From the NCBI GenBank assembly GCA_008690995.1, contig VRMN01000004.1, positions 434,001-498,000 on the forward strand: DNA of 64,000 nt, written 5' to 3'. Below are positions 50,661 through 62,218 of the stretch, in pieces (positions within the stretch are counted from its first letter, which is position 1; each line of letters opens with the position of its first letter). Under the pieces are notes generated by a model. It was not told the origin of the DNA. It saw nothing but the letters and a program-made list of their open reading frames with translations, and did not search any database. The stretch is from Porphyridium purpureum. Its lineage: Eukaryota. The position numbers and the translations under genes were made by a program.

Positions 50661-51719
50661 TTAGTCCTCACCAGGCCTTGCCAGCGTTGTGTCTTGCCTT
50701 CTCCGATTCACCGACTCCCTGTCCTTCTCGCATTCCGAAAATGTGGCGTCGTCTTTCAGAAAACTCAACAGTAGCAAGAGATTGAAGGGACTCAATGCGC
50801 TGAAAGAAATCGCGGGCAAGCCAGGTTGGTGGTCTCCCGCAGAACAGCTCTCCTCTATCCACGCTTTCGAGGGGTCAATCGCGGAGATGGTGCCGTCGCC
50901 TCCGCTGTCTCTGTAGAGAAAGCTGCAATGGGATGGACTCCAGATTTGGACAACAACCTCCACAGCACTCAAAAGTTCAGCAGGGAAAAAAGAATATGTT
51001 CTTGGTCTGGTTGACGTGACAATGCATGAGTGCACGACAAGCCGCGGATCTACGCTTCTGAACGTTGGCGCCGCCCAGATCGGCCGTGATGATTCTGCAT
51101 GTGCATGACCTTTTGGACCCGTACACCTTATTGACAGGCACTCCCTTGGAGCGACACAGGCGCGCATTGAGCGCCAGCCACCTGTGGAAGCTTGGGGAGC
51201 AGCAGCAGGCTATCTGACACTTGATCGTTAAGCGGATTCTTTGGTCACGGCGGCGAATCATGTAGGACACCTCAACTGTGGATATCATGACGGCTTCAAT
51301 CCTGGACACAACGAACGTGACCAGCTACTTTTCATCTACCTGGCTGCGGATGTGCATGCGCATTCGCGAACGGTAAGTGGCGTGGCGCAGTACATAACGC
51401 TGGTATGCGTGTTGCACTGAATTAGAATTGGTTTTCAGCACGTTGAGGCCTGGTCGTAGACGAACGATGCGCAGCATGTCGCCGCCATTGACAGGCAGTG
51501 CGTGGCTTTGGTGTATGTCGAGCAGCTTTTGGAAGGTGCGCACAACCGGATGTAAAGCTGAATTACAGGCGCGTGCGGAAAGCTAATACTCGTTCTCGTA
51601 GGATTGCTGCTGCTTCGACCGCGGCGGCTACGTTGGTGAAGGGGTATCAAAAAATGACGAAGGACTAGCACTCGGACGGACGGCCACGTGATGTGAACCA
51701 AATGGGTTGCCTGCGCCAC
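50661..51719 (-). pseudogene. Probable decayed coding sequence of uncertain origin
   Basis: ORFs 51325..51543 and 50977..51309 share one frame, split by a single TAG; overlapping frameshifted ORFs lie on either side. Confidence 0.3.
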
Positions 51720-52874
51720 CTTGATCTCTGGCGAAGGGTGCTCATCAAGACCGCCAGATCATATTCGAGGACAGTAGGCTCAACTGTCGTAGCCTAATGT
51801 TCGTCGCACCCATAAACGGACCCGAACAAACATTTTATGGTCCAGGCGGACGTCGGCTGGAGTGTTCATTGAGCTTGTTTCATTCCACGCTCTGCGGACA
51901 AATCAAGCCTAAGCATCGCCGCTGAAGGAGTCGCACGACTAAATCCTTTGCTTTACAAAGACGGCACATGCAATCCCGGTCTCAATGTCACAAAGTCTGG
52001 AAAACGTGCCGCCGCGAGTTTCAAGTACGAGCCTCAGTCAGGACTCTGGTCTCACGGTGCGTATGCACGTGTCGGACGGGGAAAGGAATGAGTATGGGTG
52101 TCTCTCATTTGCGACAGCCGGTAGCAACGCTGTGTTTTGACATGCGAAGGGTTACCGCGGACTTCATTCTGCAGGAGCTGCATGGTTGATTCGGGGAACG
52201 ATAATCGCGGTCTCGTTTAGTCCAAGACGGCCAGTGTGACGCATAGTAGGCAGGCTTCTTTGCACTTTGCCTGTGCTGGATCAGCAGGTCATAATACCAT
52301 GGGTGTCCCGACGGCATGGCTTGTCTTCAGTGACTTGGAGAATTCTGACGACAAACACATGCATTTTCTTCCTACGGCCGCTTTCGATGCGCGTGCTGAC
52401 GAATATTGCCGCGGCGCTGCTTTCTCAGCGGCTTGCGCATCTCCCTCGCTGCAAGTGAGAAACATCCACTTAGATAGTCGCGATCAACTGACCTACATGC
52501 CGCCACCCTGGGCGGTGTGGACGTTGCATTCGCCGCCATCTACGCCCTCATGTCTAGCCCTTAGCTGTGCGTCGGAGCCGCAAACGGCGCACCCCCGTGA
52601 TTCCAGCAGTAGATTGGAGTGCAGCAGGCTTGGCGGCAGCAGGGCCTGCTGACGCCCTTGCTGCAGGCGCTGTAGGGGCCTCTCGGCTCGGCCGCTTCGG
52701 GTACAATGGTGCGGGGCGCTCAAATATTACTATGGGATGCTCTTCTCTTTTGCACGGCCAGACTCTGACACAATTTCAGTCTTTCACATGGCCCATTTAG
52801 TTTCCTTCGTGTTTGGGAACGTGCATCGACGTTGCTGGAGTGTTAGTGCTCTCAAATTCTTACTTGGCCGTCAG

Positions 52875-53627
52875 TTACGGTGACAAACTCGGCCAACTTA
52901 GCTTCGCGTGTGCGTTTGCTTGCTGCGAGGACTTGGACGGCGACGTGCTCTCCGGCAAATGTTGCTTGTGGAACGCACGCGCGTAGCGCTGCATCACCCG
53001 CTTTGCGTCCTTCTCGGGTGAAATTGTGCGCTTCAGAATCGCCGGGAGTCCGACCGAGGGCACTCGCCTGTGAGACAACACTGCCGCTCTGATTTCGGAC
53101 GCTCTGGTCGGCGGCGACGCTCGATCTGCGCGCACATTCTCTCCTGCTGAGGAGTCCCGCGCCGCTTTTGGTTGCGGAGAGACCGCGGCGTTTTCCCAAT
53201 CGACCTGCGCGGCGTGCGCTATGCAGAATGGTGTCGCCGGCGCAGCGTGAGCGCCTCCGTGGCGAGTTTCAATCTTCATTGTTGACGGTTGAAACGGCAT
53301 GAAACCTTGCAACTGAGCCGCGGCGCCATGCTCGGCGCGCTTGGTTTGCGCAGCAAGGGGCAAGCGTGCCAGCAAGCCCAAAGCCGTGCCGTCGGATGGC
53401 GCGCTTGTGATCAGAACATCCAGGCGCTGCCGCAGCTCCGTGTCCGGCGCCAGAATGCCAGGACCCTTGCGGCGGTACCTGAGTCGCCTGTGCTTATGCT
53501 CCACGAGGTTCTGCGTGCACTCCACCTTTGCCGCATGCACAAAACGCCGCGGCTGCCGAGCCATCGCGGCGAGCTCACGCGCGCGCTCCAGCGGCTTCGT
53601 CAGTGTCGCGCTGCCGCGCCGCGCCAT
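52875..53627 (-). CDS. Hypothetical basic, largely disordered protein
   Basis: ATG-initiated 250-codon GC-rich ORF; no recognisable domain. Confidence 0.5.
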   Translation of the reverse strand: MARRGSATLTKPLERARELAAMARQPRRFVHAAKVECTQNLVEHKHRRLRYRRKGPGILAPDTELRQRLDVLITSAPSDGTALGLLARLPLAAQTKRAEHGAAAQLQGFMPFQPSTMKIETRHGGAHAAPATPFCIAHAAQVDWENAAVSPQPKAARDSSAGENVRADRASPPTRASEIRAAVLSHRRVPSVGLPAILKRTISPEKDAKRVMQRYARAFHKQHLPESTSPSKSSQQANAHAKLSWPSLSP

Positions 53628-54293
53628 GTCGCGCGTTGCAAGCGATACGACCACCACGCCACTCGTCGAACCGTCAGCTTGCTAGCAAAGCACCATCATT
53701 TTACCAGTAAACGCAGTGGAGTGCTTGGACTCGTGCGCTCCGGTCTCTGCGCTTTCCTTTTTGTTTTGCGCCACGCGCGCGCTGAATCTGGCGCGGCCAC
53801 CACTGGGACTGCCCCCGCACGTGGGTTTCGAAGGATGCTGCGGGCGTTTTGGCGCCGTGCGGGGTCGAGACGGGCGAACGCGTGAGACGCGCAGCTCCGG
53901 ATGGGTTGGTTTGTTTCGTTTATTGACGAACCAGAGGATACGCCTGTGGTGCAGAGATGCACAGGACTGTGAGAGCAGAAGAATGAAGACAAACACGTTG
54001 ACACGCGGCGGCGAACGACTGCATTCTTGGGTAAGTGGCGTTGACTCCATCGACAACAACACGCGCACACAGCCCTGTCCGAACTGACTGGGTATACCAT
54101 GCACATGCCTCGCAAAAGCAAGAAACAGATCTTTCCGCACTTAGCCAGCAAACCACTTCCACAGAATTCGAAAAAGGAAACAAGAAGATGGTCGGGCTCG
54201 TTTCTGCGGTCTCCTGCAGCTCGTATTCTTTTGTTAAAATGGTACGACCGACCCGGACAGAAAGAGGCGTCGAACAAGCGGCCTCCCTGACGA

Positions 54294-55727
54294 TCAAGCC
54301 ACAGGGCCATTGAAAATGGCCCCCAAGTTGCCGAACCATGACTTCTCGTCGCCACCGGGTGCCTTATCTGGTTCCGAATCTGCGTCCGGATTGGCCTTCT
54401 TCACAACGTCTGTCTGGCGTACCAGCTGGCTCGGCGATTTTCTCACAGCCGCCGCATTGACGCGCCCCGTGCTAGACGCCACATTGAGATGCTCAAGGGC
54501 ACGAGCAGCCGCCTCCTCAGGACTAATTCTCTCTTCTGGAAGTGGCGCGTCGGGGGACAAAAGGCCGCCATTCTTACCCGCTTCTGGTGCGGCTTGCGCC
54601 TGCGCCGACTCTTGCTGCCCGCTGAACATGCTAGCCCAAGCCGCGCGCTTCCTATCGGCTGCCGCTTCTTTCCTTTTCGCGGCAATATCTGGCGTCTTGT
54701 CCTTTGTGAACATGGGATGCTTCGCCAGCTGCACATAAAAAACCTTTTCCAGGCTTTGGCCTTCCATCGCGAGCTCCTTGATGACAGTCTGCGTGTCGCC
54801 CCACCCAAGGTCTACCAGCCCACGCACCACTTCGGCGTTCGGGTCCAGGATTGGTTCAGACGGGGCCACAAATGTGTCCTCATACGGGTTCTTGGGCGGA
54901 ACGCTGTTGAACCAGGCCGACTGCTTAATTTCTTCAATGGTAAGGCGCTTGGCCGGGTCGACATTGAGCATACCACGCACAATGACCTTGCACTCGGGAT
55001 CCATGTCATTCGGCAAGTGGTAAACGCCGCGCTGCACCTTGGCGAGCAGGCGCTGGATATTGTCGTCGTCAAAGGGCAGCCTGCCCGTGAGCATTGCGTA
55101 CAAGATAACGCCTAAGCTCCAGATATCGGCTTCAAGTCCGTTGTACATGTCACCAGAAACGACTTCTGGAGCGGCATAGTGCGGAGAGCCGCAGGACGTC
55201 TCCAGAAATGTGCCTGGGGGATTCAGATTTGTCATACCAAAGTCGCAGATCTTGAGCATCAAGTTGCGGTCGAGCAGCAAATTCTCTGGCTTCATGTCTC
55301 GGTGGCAAATCAGTCTTCGGTGGCAGTACTCCAGCCCCTGGATAATTTGCTGGAAAAAGTCGAGCGCCTCGTCCTTGCTCAATGACCCTCGCTTCACCAA
55401 GTAGTCGAATAATTCGCACCCGTCCACGTACTCGATGACCAGGAACAAGTGCGTCTCGATTTCAAACACGTCATACAGCTTGAGCACGTTTGGATGGTCG
55501 CACAACTTCATCACAGCGATTTCGCGAAGCAGCTTCTTCCTGAGCGACGGCTTGCGCGCCAGAAAGTCTTTGCGAATGACCTTGATGGCCACGAGCTCAC
55601 CTGTGTGCACATGCTTGGCAAGCTTCACTTTACCTGTGGAGCCGGTCCCCAGCGTCTTGCCAAAGATGTACGGCCCTACTTGCGGGCCAGACGGCTTGCT
55701 GTTCGCAGACGGAGGACCCTGGCTCAT
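54294..55727 (-). CDS. BRSK/SAD (Nim1/Gin4-like) AMPK-related Ser/Thr kinase
   Basis: VGPYIFGKTLGTGSTGKVKLA, REIAVMKL.DHPNVL, ICHRDMKPENLLLD, LETSCGSPHYAAPE, LPFDDDNI..LL.KV..G; UBA-like LVDLGW segment. Confidence 0.93.
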   Translation of the reverse strand: MSQGPPSANSKPSGPQVGPYIFGKTLGTGSTGKVKLAKHVHTGELVAIKVIRKDFLARKPSLRKKLLREIAVMKLCDHPNVLKLYDVFEIETHLFLVIEYVDGCELFDYLVKRGSLSKDEALDFFQQIIQGLEYCHRRLICHRDMKPENLLLDRNLMLKICDFGMTNLNPPGTFLETSCGSPHYAAPEVVSGDMYNGLEADIWSLGVILYAMLTGRLPFDDDNIQRLLAKVQRGVYHLPNDMDPECKVIVRGMLNVDPAKRLTIEEIKQSAWFNSVPPKNPYEDTFVAPSEPILDPNAEVVRGLVDLGWGDTQTVIKELAMEGQSLEKVFYVQLAKHPMFTKDKTPDIAAKRKEAAADRKRAAWASMFSGQQESAQAQAAPEAGKNGGLLSPDAPLPEERISPEEAAARALEHLNVASSTGRVNAAAVRKSPSQLVRQTDVVKKANPDADSEPDKAPGGDEKSWFGNLGAIFNGPVA

Positions 55728-56950
55728 GTCTGCGCAAGTGCCGCTGATCAACTGCCTCAACTACCCCTTGCGTTTCCCAGTCGTGCCGACTGCGCCGAAT
55801 CAAAACCCTTCCACGTCACGCTGGCTCTGAAGCGCGCTCGTCCCTCGTGACCAATCAGCACCGCAGCCGCGTCTCGTATGTCTGTGTATCAATCCCCCAG
55901 CACAACGCTCCTCGCGGCACGCACCAATCCACGACCGCCCTGCCTCGGTGCATCGCCAGCCTCCCTTTCTCCCTCTCTCTCTCCCACCCCCGTGCCAGCA
56001 TTCACCGCGTTCCCTGTCAATAACCTCTTCCGCCATTCTTCGCCAGAAAACCCCGTTCCCGTGACCAACCCAAAAACCGGACCGACTTCCGTTCTCCTAC
56101 TAAAACCGGGCGAGTTTACTAGCAAGTCACGTGAGCGCCTTTGTGAGCCTCTTTGCGTTTATTCGCTTGGTCTCTTCTTTTCTCCTGTTCTCGCGCGCAT
56201 GATAAAAAAGGGAGGCCTGCTTCTAAAAAACGGAAAACCAAAACCAAGACAAGACAAAAACGCCTCACGTGCACTCTCACCAGCGACTTGTTTTTCTGGT
56301 TGGTCTGTTCGTCATTGTACCATTTGAGTTTCACATCAAAAACGACGTGCTTGGTGATTTTCTGAAGATGTCACACTGTACATCTACACGAGGTTGTTGA
56401 TTATGCCAAACCCTCGAAATAACCGTGATTGGGTGATGGTTTGGACGAGGGTTGCGCGTGAGCTAAAGGTGTGTGTGTGTTTGAAAAACGGCGACTTGAT
56501 ATAGAGAAGAGGTGGTGGTGGTTATTTTTTCTAGACGGAAGAACGGGATGGATGGGTTGGGTTGTGGTATGGTTGCTAGTGGGGTGTGTGTGTTTTGGTA
56601 GGTCGACCCGTTGCGGGTTATAATTAGACACGAGCCGGAGCCATGGATAATGGGTGTCTAAGTGGATGCGTGTGTTTTCATATGGACGGCGCGTCTCCCT
56701 TTGTTATTGCGGTTGTGGAGTGACAAAGGAGAGGAACAGAACTGCAGGAACAGCGCGTGTTCGAGAAGGCACAGGGGCAGAGGGAAAGTGAGAAGAGGAA
56801 TAGAGGAGAGGGGTAAGGGGGGTGAGGGGGTTGTGGGGGAGGAAGGGGAAGAGGGGAAAGAGGTTGGGGGTGTGAGGAGGGAGACGGGCGGAAAGGCGGG
56901 GCGAGGGGTAGTGTGAGTTTGCGGGGGAAAGGGAAGGGGCGAGTGGCGCG

Positions 56951-59900
56951 ATGACGTTTTCGCGCCTAGGGTCCCTGGGAGGGGGCCTGTCGGCAGAGGA
57001 TAAGGCGGACTTGTTCCGGCTCGACACGCTGAACGGGATTCCCAAGGTGCGCTTCTCGACGCGGCCATGTGTGGTGGTGTATCCGGAGAACCCGCGGCAG
57101 AAGAAGATGGTCTACTCGCACATCGAGGTGGCAAAGATGGTGGAGAGGTGCGCCGAGAGGATCCGTGAGCTCGGGGTCAAGCCGCGCGTGGCCGTGGCGC
57201 TCGTGTCGCCCTCCGGCATTGAGCTAGCCGTTTGGTTCATGGCTCTGCAGTGGGCTGGTGTTATTGCGGTCCCGATCAACCCGAGCCTCGATGAGGGCGT
57301 GATTGCGAGCGTCGTCACGGACACGGGCTGCAAGGTGATCTTTAGCCCAGACGTCGACGCGGATGAGCGCAGCGGCGACCCGCTCTACCAGAAAATCGCG
57401 AACATTTCCAAGAAGACTGGTATCATCAACTGGCACATGACCTACTCGCGCAACTCGGGTGTTTTCATGGAGAACCACGACCTACGTGCTGATCCGCATG
57501 CCGCGTGGCACGATGGAAACAAGGATTTCACCCTGGACCCTAAGGAGGTGGCTATGCGTTTGGTGGTCCCGGCAAAGGGCAAGAACCTGGTGCTGTCGTT
57601 GAAGCAGGAAGATTACTGCTTTGCCATCAAGACCTTTGCGCAGACGTACAAGCTGCAGCCGTCGGTGATGACGGTGCTGTCGTCCCCCATTTACTCGCTG
57701 CAGGGCATCTTGGTCATGGTCGGCGCGATTTATTCGGGCGGTGGCGTGGTTATCCAGGCAAGTGGCGATTTCAGCGTGGAAAAGTTCTGGGACCACGTCA
57801 AGGAGGACAATGTGAAGTGGGCGTCGCTTACAGCGGAGCAAGTTTCAGAACTCGGAAACTACACGGCCAAGAATAATATTTCGATCGACGAAAGCATGCT
57901 TCTTCACTTCATTCGCTCGTGCCCTGGGTTTTTGGCCAAGGACGATGTGGTGAAGGTCGAAAAGATTCTCAAGTGCCCGGTGCTGGAGGCATACGGCCCT
58001 CCAGAGTCGTCCGGGTTTGCGACGGCAAACACAGAGTTTGAGCAGAAAGCCGGCACGCTCGGGAAACCCGTGAAGGGCATTGATGTAGGTATCTTTGACC
58101 TGGACACGCGCATGCCGTTGGAAACTGGCAAGAAGGGTCACATTGCCGTGCGCGGTCTGAATGTGGTTGGCACTGGCTACGACAACGACGAGGAAGAGAC
58201 CAGAAACAGTCGATTCTGGAGTGAAGACCACGAGGCGAATCAGAGTGTGGAGGACGCGTGGATCTTCACCGGCGACGAGGGCATGTACGATGAGGACGGG
58301 TTTTTGACAGTCTACTTTCAGAAGGAGAGGAATATCAAGGCCGGCGCTATTGCTGCAGGCGTTTTGGGTGCGGCTGCGATCGGTGGAATTGCGGCTGCGG
58401 CCGCAACAGCTGGTGGGTCCGCCAATGGTGCTGAGACGGCATCGCGTTCTCTGCCAGAGCCCGTCGCTGCCCCAGAACCCGAGGCGGCGCCCGAACCGGA
58501 ACCGGCACCGGAGCCAGAGCCAGAACCGGAACCTGAGCCCGTCCAGCAGTCACGAGCTGTGCCGATGGCGGCAAGCACAATGGGTAACGTCGCCGAGCTT
58601 GTTGCGCTGACCGCGATGGTGGAGCAAATGAGCGAGAAGGACAAGAAAATGCAGGAAGACTTTGGCAAGATGATGGAGGAGCGTGCGGCACAGGAGGCAC
58701 AAATTCGTGCGGAGTATGAGGAAAAGCTGAACAAACAGAATGAGGAAATCAAGGCTCTGCTTGCAGCGTCCGGCGCAATGGATGTTGGATTTGGTGCTGC
58801 GCTTTTGTCTCGGCTGGAGGCCATGGAGAATAGACAGGCCGAAATGATTGCCGCTCTTGAGGCGTCAAAAGCTGGTGAGGACGCGGCACCTGAGATGGCT
58901 GAGCTTGAGGCCCAGAAGTTGGAAGCCGAGAAGGAGGCTCGAGCCCTCCGCGCAGCGACCGTGGCGGCAGCGGCTGCACCAGTTGTGATGGAGGTCAACA
59001 TGGAGGAGGTTGAGGCGGCCGCGATGGCGGCAGCCTCGGCAGCGGAAGAGGCGAAAAAGAATACGGACCTTACGGCGGACGCTGCAGAAGAATCAGCTAT
59101 GTACACCTCGGAGGCATCTGAGGCGTCGCGACAAGCCGCGGAAGCAGCTGCCGCGGTGGCAGCGGCTTCAGCTGCTCTGGCCGAGCTTGCCGAGCAGGTC
59201 ACGCGCCGCCCGCTACCGGTGAAGGAGACTGTGATTCGTGAGGTGTTGCCTGTACCAAAGCCAGACTCATCGGTTGTGGAGCGCACCATGACGATTAATC
59301 TCGAAGATGTCGACGAGGCCGTAAAGACTCACCCGGCCGTGGTGGACGCCAAGGCCTTTGGCAAGTTGGACGAGAGATACGGCATGGATGTGTACTGTGC
59401 TTGTGTGATGCGCAAGGGTGCGCGCGTGTCGGAGGGCTGGCTCAGACTGCACACGCAGACCGTGCTGCCCGCGGCCATGATTCCGAAGAAGTTTTACCTC
59501 GTCGACAGGTTGCCAGAGACGCGCCAAGAACTCACAGACTGTGATGACATCAAGGCCACGTACGCAGTGGAGAAGGAAGTGAACCGCGTCATCCGTGCGC
59601 CCGGTCAGAAGAGTGGCGCCGCGCCTGCTAGTGCGCCGACTGGTGGTCCTGCGGCAGCAGCACCAGTTGCGTCAGCGCCTCCGGTTCAGCCTGCTGCTCC
59701 AAAAGCACCGGCAGAAACCGCAGCTCCTGTTCCGCCACCGGCAGCGGCCCCGGCGAAACCAGAGGTACCAGCGCCTGCTGCTGTGCCAGAGGCATCAGCT
59801 CCGCCGGTAGCTCCGGAAGCGCCAGCGGCACCGGCCGCTCCTGCGCCGCCTCCACCAGCGGCTCCGGCTCCCCCAGCACCACCAGCGATGAGTGGAGGCC

Positions 59901-60007
59901 CACCACCACCACCTCCGCCACCGCCAGCTGCGAGTGGGGCGCCAGGAGGCGCAGCACCGCCGCCGCCGCCGCCACCACCACCGCCGCCGCCGCCGCCGCC
60001 AATGTAG
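56951..60007 (+). CDS. Acyl-CoA synthetase-like (AAE3/Pcs60-type) pseudoenzyme with large hinge insertion and polyproline tail
   Basis: LHFIRSC, PVLEAYG, GTLGKP, WIFTGDEG and C-domain EDVDEAVKTHPAV...FGKLDERYGMDV...IPKK are present; the TSGTTG.PKG loop and the terminal GK lysine are absent. Confidence 0.85.
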   Translation: MTFSRLGSLGGGLSAEDKADLFRLDTLNGIPKVRFSTRPCVVVYPENPRQKKMVYSHIEVAKMVERCAERIRELGVKPRVAVALVSPSGIELAVWFMALQWAGVIAVPINPSLDEGVIASVVTDTGCKVIFSPDVDADERSGDPLYQKIANISKKTGIINWHMTYSRNSGVFMENHDLRADPHAAWHDGNKDFTLDPKEVAMRLVVPAKGKNLVLSLKQEDYCFAIKTFAQTYKLQPSVMTVLSSPIYSLQGILVMVGAIYSGGGVVIQASGDFSVEKFWDHVKEDNVKWASLTAEQVSELGNYTAKNNISIDESMLLHFIRSCPGFLAKDDVVKVEKILKCPVLEAYGPPESSGFATANTEFEQKAGTLGKPVKGIDVGIFDLDTRMPLETGKKGHIAVRGLNVVGTGYDNDEEETRNSRFWSEDHEANQSVEDAWIFTGDEGMYDEDGFLTVYFQKERNIKAGAIAAGVLGAAAIGGIAAAAATAGGSANGAETASRSLPEPVAAPEPEAAPEPEPAPEPEPEPEPEPVQQSRAVPMAASTMGNVAELVALTAMVEQMSEKDKKMQEDFGKMMEERAAQEAQIRAEYEEKLNKQNEEIKALLAASGAMDVGFGAALLSRLEAMENRQAEMIAALEASKAGEDAAPEMAELEAQKLEAEKEARALRAATVAAAAAPVVMEVNMEEVEAAAMAAASAAEEAKKNTDLTADAAEESAMYTSEASEASRQAAEAAAAVAAASAALAELAEQVTRRPLPVKETVIREVLPVPKPDSSVVERTMTINLEDVDEAVKTHPAVVDAKAFGKLDERYGMDVYCACVMRKGARVSEGWLRLHTQTVLPAAMIPKKFYLVDRLPETRQELTDCDDIKATYAVEKEVNRVIRAPGQKSGAAPASAPTGGPAAAAPVASAPPVQPAAPKAPAETAAPVPPPAAAPAKPEVPAPAAVPEASAPPVAPEAPAAPAAPAPPPPAAPAPPAPPAMSGGPPPPPPPPPAASGAPGGAAPPPPPPPPPPPPPPPM

Positions 60008-60866
60008 ATTGATGCCGACCGGTGCGCGCTGCGAATGTGGAAGAACTGGTTCATTGACTTTTGATTATGGTGCTTTGGGGTAACTTTATTGTTGTGCGTG
60101 TCGTGCGTGGTCTCGCGCTGCGGTGTTGATACGAATTTGCTGCATTTCGCTGTCTGGGGGAGACCGACCGACGAGGACGGAACTACGTCTGACTTATTAT
60201 TCGATTTGGATTGATCTACGCTGTCTTGGACAGGCGGGGACGAACGAGAGAACCTGGTGGTGTCTACAGTAAGCGTGTGGGACTGTGATTGCGTTTGAAC
60301 AAAGATCCGTGTAGCGGCTCCCACTTTTTTTCGCAAGTGGCGGTCAGCGTCGCAGGTGGTCCAGGGCTGGAGTGGAATCGATGCCGACCACAGTTTCGCA
60401 CCGGAGAATGTACTCACGGGTGGTTTCCGCAGTCCACGCGCGCGCTTTTGTCGTTTCCTGTTTGGTTGACCTGTGCTGAAAATCAAGTAAAGAAAGTAGT
60501 ACAACCGAGTGACACGCTTTCATCAGCAGGGGTGCGGCGAGTTCGAAACGTCCTCCCCACATACGACTTTGTGCAGTCCACTGTGCCGATTTCCACTGCT
60601 AGTTTCGCCGCGAACTGAAGCATTTAGAATTTTTCTTGTCCAGATAGGGTGAGGAAGGACACCGGCGTTGCGCCTGATGTCTACGGCTTGGCACCCGCGC
60701 GCGGTCCAGTACATGTGTAGATGCCCTTGTCGGGTTGTGTGTTAGACGCGGTAGAAAGAAAGCGCAAATCTGCTCTAGGCCACCGCACGGCCCCAATTCT
60801 GCGAGGGCGCGGGGTCTGTTGGACGGCACGGATGGTTCTTCCGATTTGTGGGCGATAGAGATCACG

Positions 60867-61493
60867 ATGGTTTTCTATTTCACAATCTGTGACCCGTCCT
60901 ATGTGGTGTACATGGGGAAGGACAAGTACGAGAACGAAGAACTGATCAAACATGCGTGGCCGGAGGATGTGTGGTTTCATGTCGATAAGTTCAGTTCTGC
61001 GCACGTCTACCTAAGGCTCCGGGACGGCGACTTTGACATCAACACGATTCCTTCAGACGTGCTTGAGGACCTGGCCCAACTTACCAAGCAGAACTCGATC
61101 GAAGGCAGCAAGCGCAACAACGTGCAGATTGTGTATACCATGGCATCGAACCTCAAAAAGACGGGAGGTATGGAGGTCGGTCAAGTGAGCTTCCACAACC
61201 AAAAGGAGGTCAAGTATACCAAAGTGGAGACGCGCAAGAGCGAGATCATCAACCGTCTCAGTAAGACCAAGGAGGAGCGCCACCCAGACCTGCTGGCGGA
61301 GAAAATGAGCCACATGAAGGAGCTGAATCGAAGGGAGCGTAATGCTGCGGCCGAGCGCGCGCGCGCCGAAAAAGAGGAACAGGAGCGGCGCAAAAAGGAG
61401 GCCGAGGCCCGCAACTATGACTTGCTTGAGGATCATGAGCTCATGACGAGCAACAAAGGTCTGGGCAACGATTATGAAGAAGATTTCATGTGA
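60867..61493 (+). CDS. CCDC25: CCDC25/Jlp2 NFACT-R domain protein
   Basis: MVFYF...YMGKDKYENEELIKH.WPEDVWFHVDKFSSAHVYLRL...NSIEG...NLKKT.GMEVGQV...YEEDFM. Confidence 0.95.
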   Translation: MVFYFTICDPSYVVYMGKDKYENEELIKHAWPEDVWFHVDKFSSAHVYLRLRDGDFDINTIPSDVLEDLAQLTKQNSIEGSKRNNVQIVYTMASNLKKTGGMEVGQVSFHNQKEVKYTKVETRKSEIINRLSKTKEERHPDLLAEKMSHMKELNRRERNAAAERARAEKEEQERRKKEAEARNYDLLEDHELMTSNKGLGNDYEEDFM

Positions 61494-61786
61494 AACCGAA
61501 AGCAAAAAGCAAAAAAAGTAAAAGCATCAGATCTTCTCGCCCGTACACAGCCTACGACTACTGTGTGTATATGAGCCAATTCCAAAATGAGTCGTTCTGC
61601 TCTTCCCTTGTCAGGAGAACCCAGGCGTTCGGATCCCGTGTCCGCTGGCCGTGGTAATTCACACACTCCAGACACAATCTTGCTGATCTCCCTCTGAGTG
61701 CGGAAGACTGATAAAACAGGCAGCTCCTGACCGCAAGATGGGCGTACAGGGGCCGGCGACAGTAGGCGCATGTCGAATCGATGAGA

Positions 61787-62218
61787 TCACAATTCGTCGG
61801 CTCGGCGGTTCTTGATCTTCAGGAGCTCTGTTTCGAAGCGGAGTACCGAATTTGCTGGAATCATCCCGCGTCCTACATCGCGGTTTCCGTAGCCAAGCTC
61901 TGGCGGAATGATAAGAGTTCGTTTCTCGCCCTCACACATGTCGTCCATGCCAATCTCCCATCCCTTGATAACCATACCAGAACCCAGAGTAAACTCAAAT
62001 GGCTGTCCCCGATCCAGCGAGCTATCCACCTTCTTCCCGTCCGCGTCCAGCGTCAGCGTATAGTGCACGCTCAACGTATCACCGCTCTGCGAGCGAAACG
62101 TGCTGCAACCCTCCGGCATGTGCGTGACGATCGTCTCTACTTGCTGCCCGAACGCCGCCGCGCACACCAGAGCAACCGCACACCACATTGCCACCAAACA
62201 CGACACCCGCTTCATCAT
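61787..62218 (-). CDS. ER-lumenal FKBP-type peptidyl-prolyl isomerase (FKBP2/FKBP15-like)
   Basis: Signal peptide; VHYT...[22 protein letters not shown]...[17 protein letters not shown]-terminal ADEL. Confidence 0.95.
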   Translation of the reverse strand: MMKRVSCLVAMWCAVALVCAAAFGQQVETIVTHMPEGCSTFRSQSGDTLSVHYTLTLDADGKKVDSSLDRGQPFEFTLGSGMVIKGWEIGMDDMCEGEKRTLIIPPELGYGNRDVGRGMIPANSVLRFETELLKIKNRRADEL

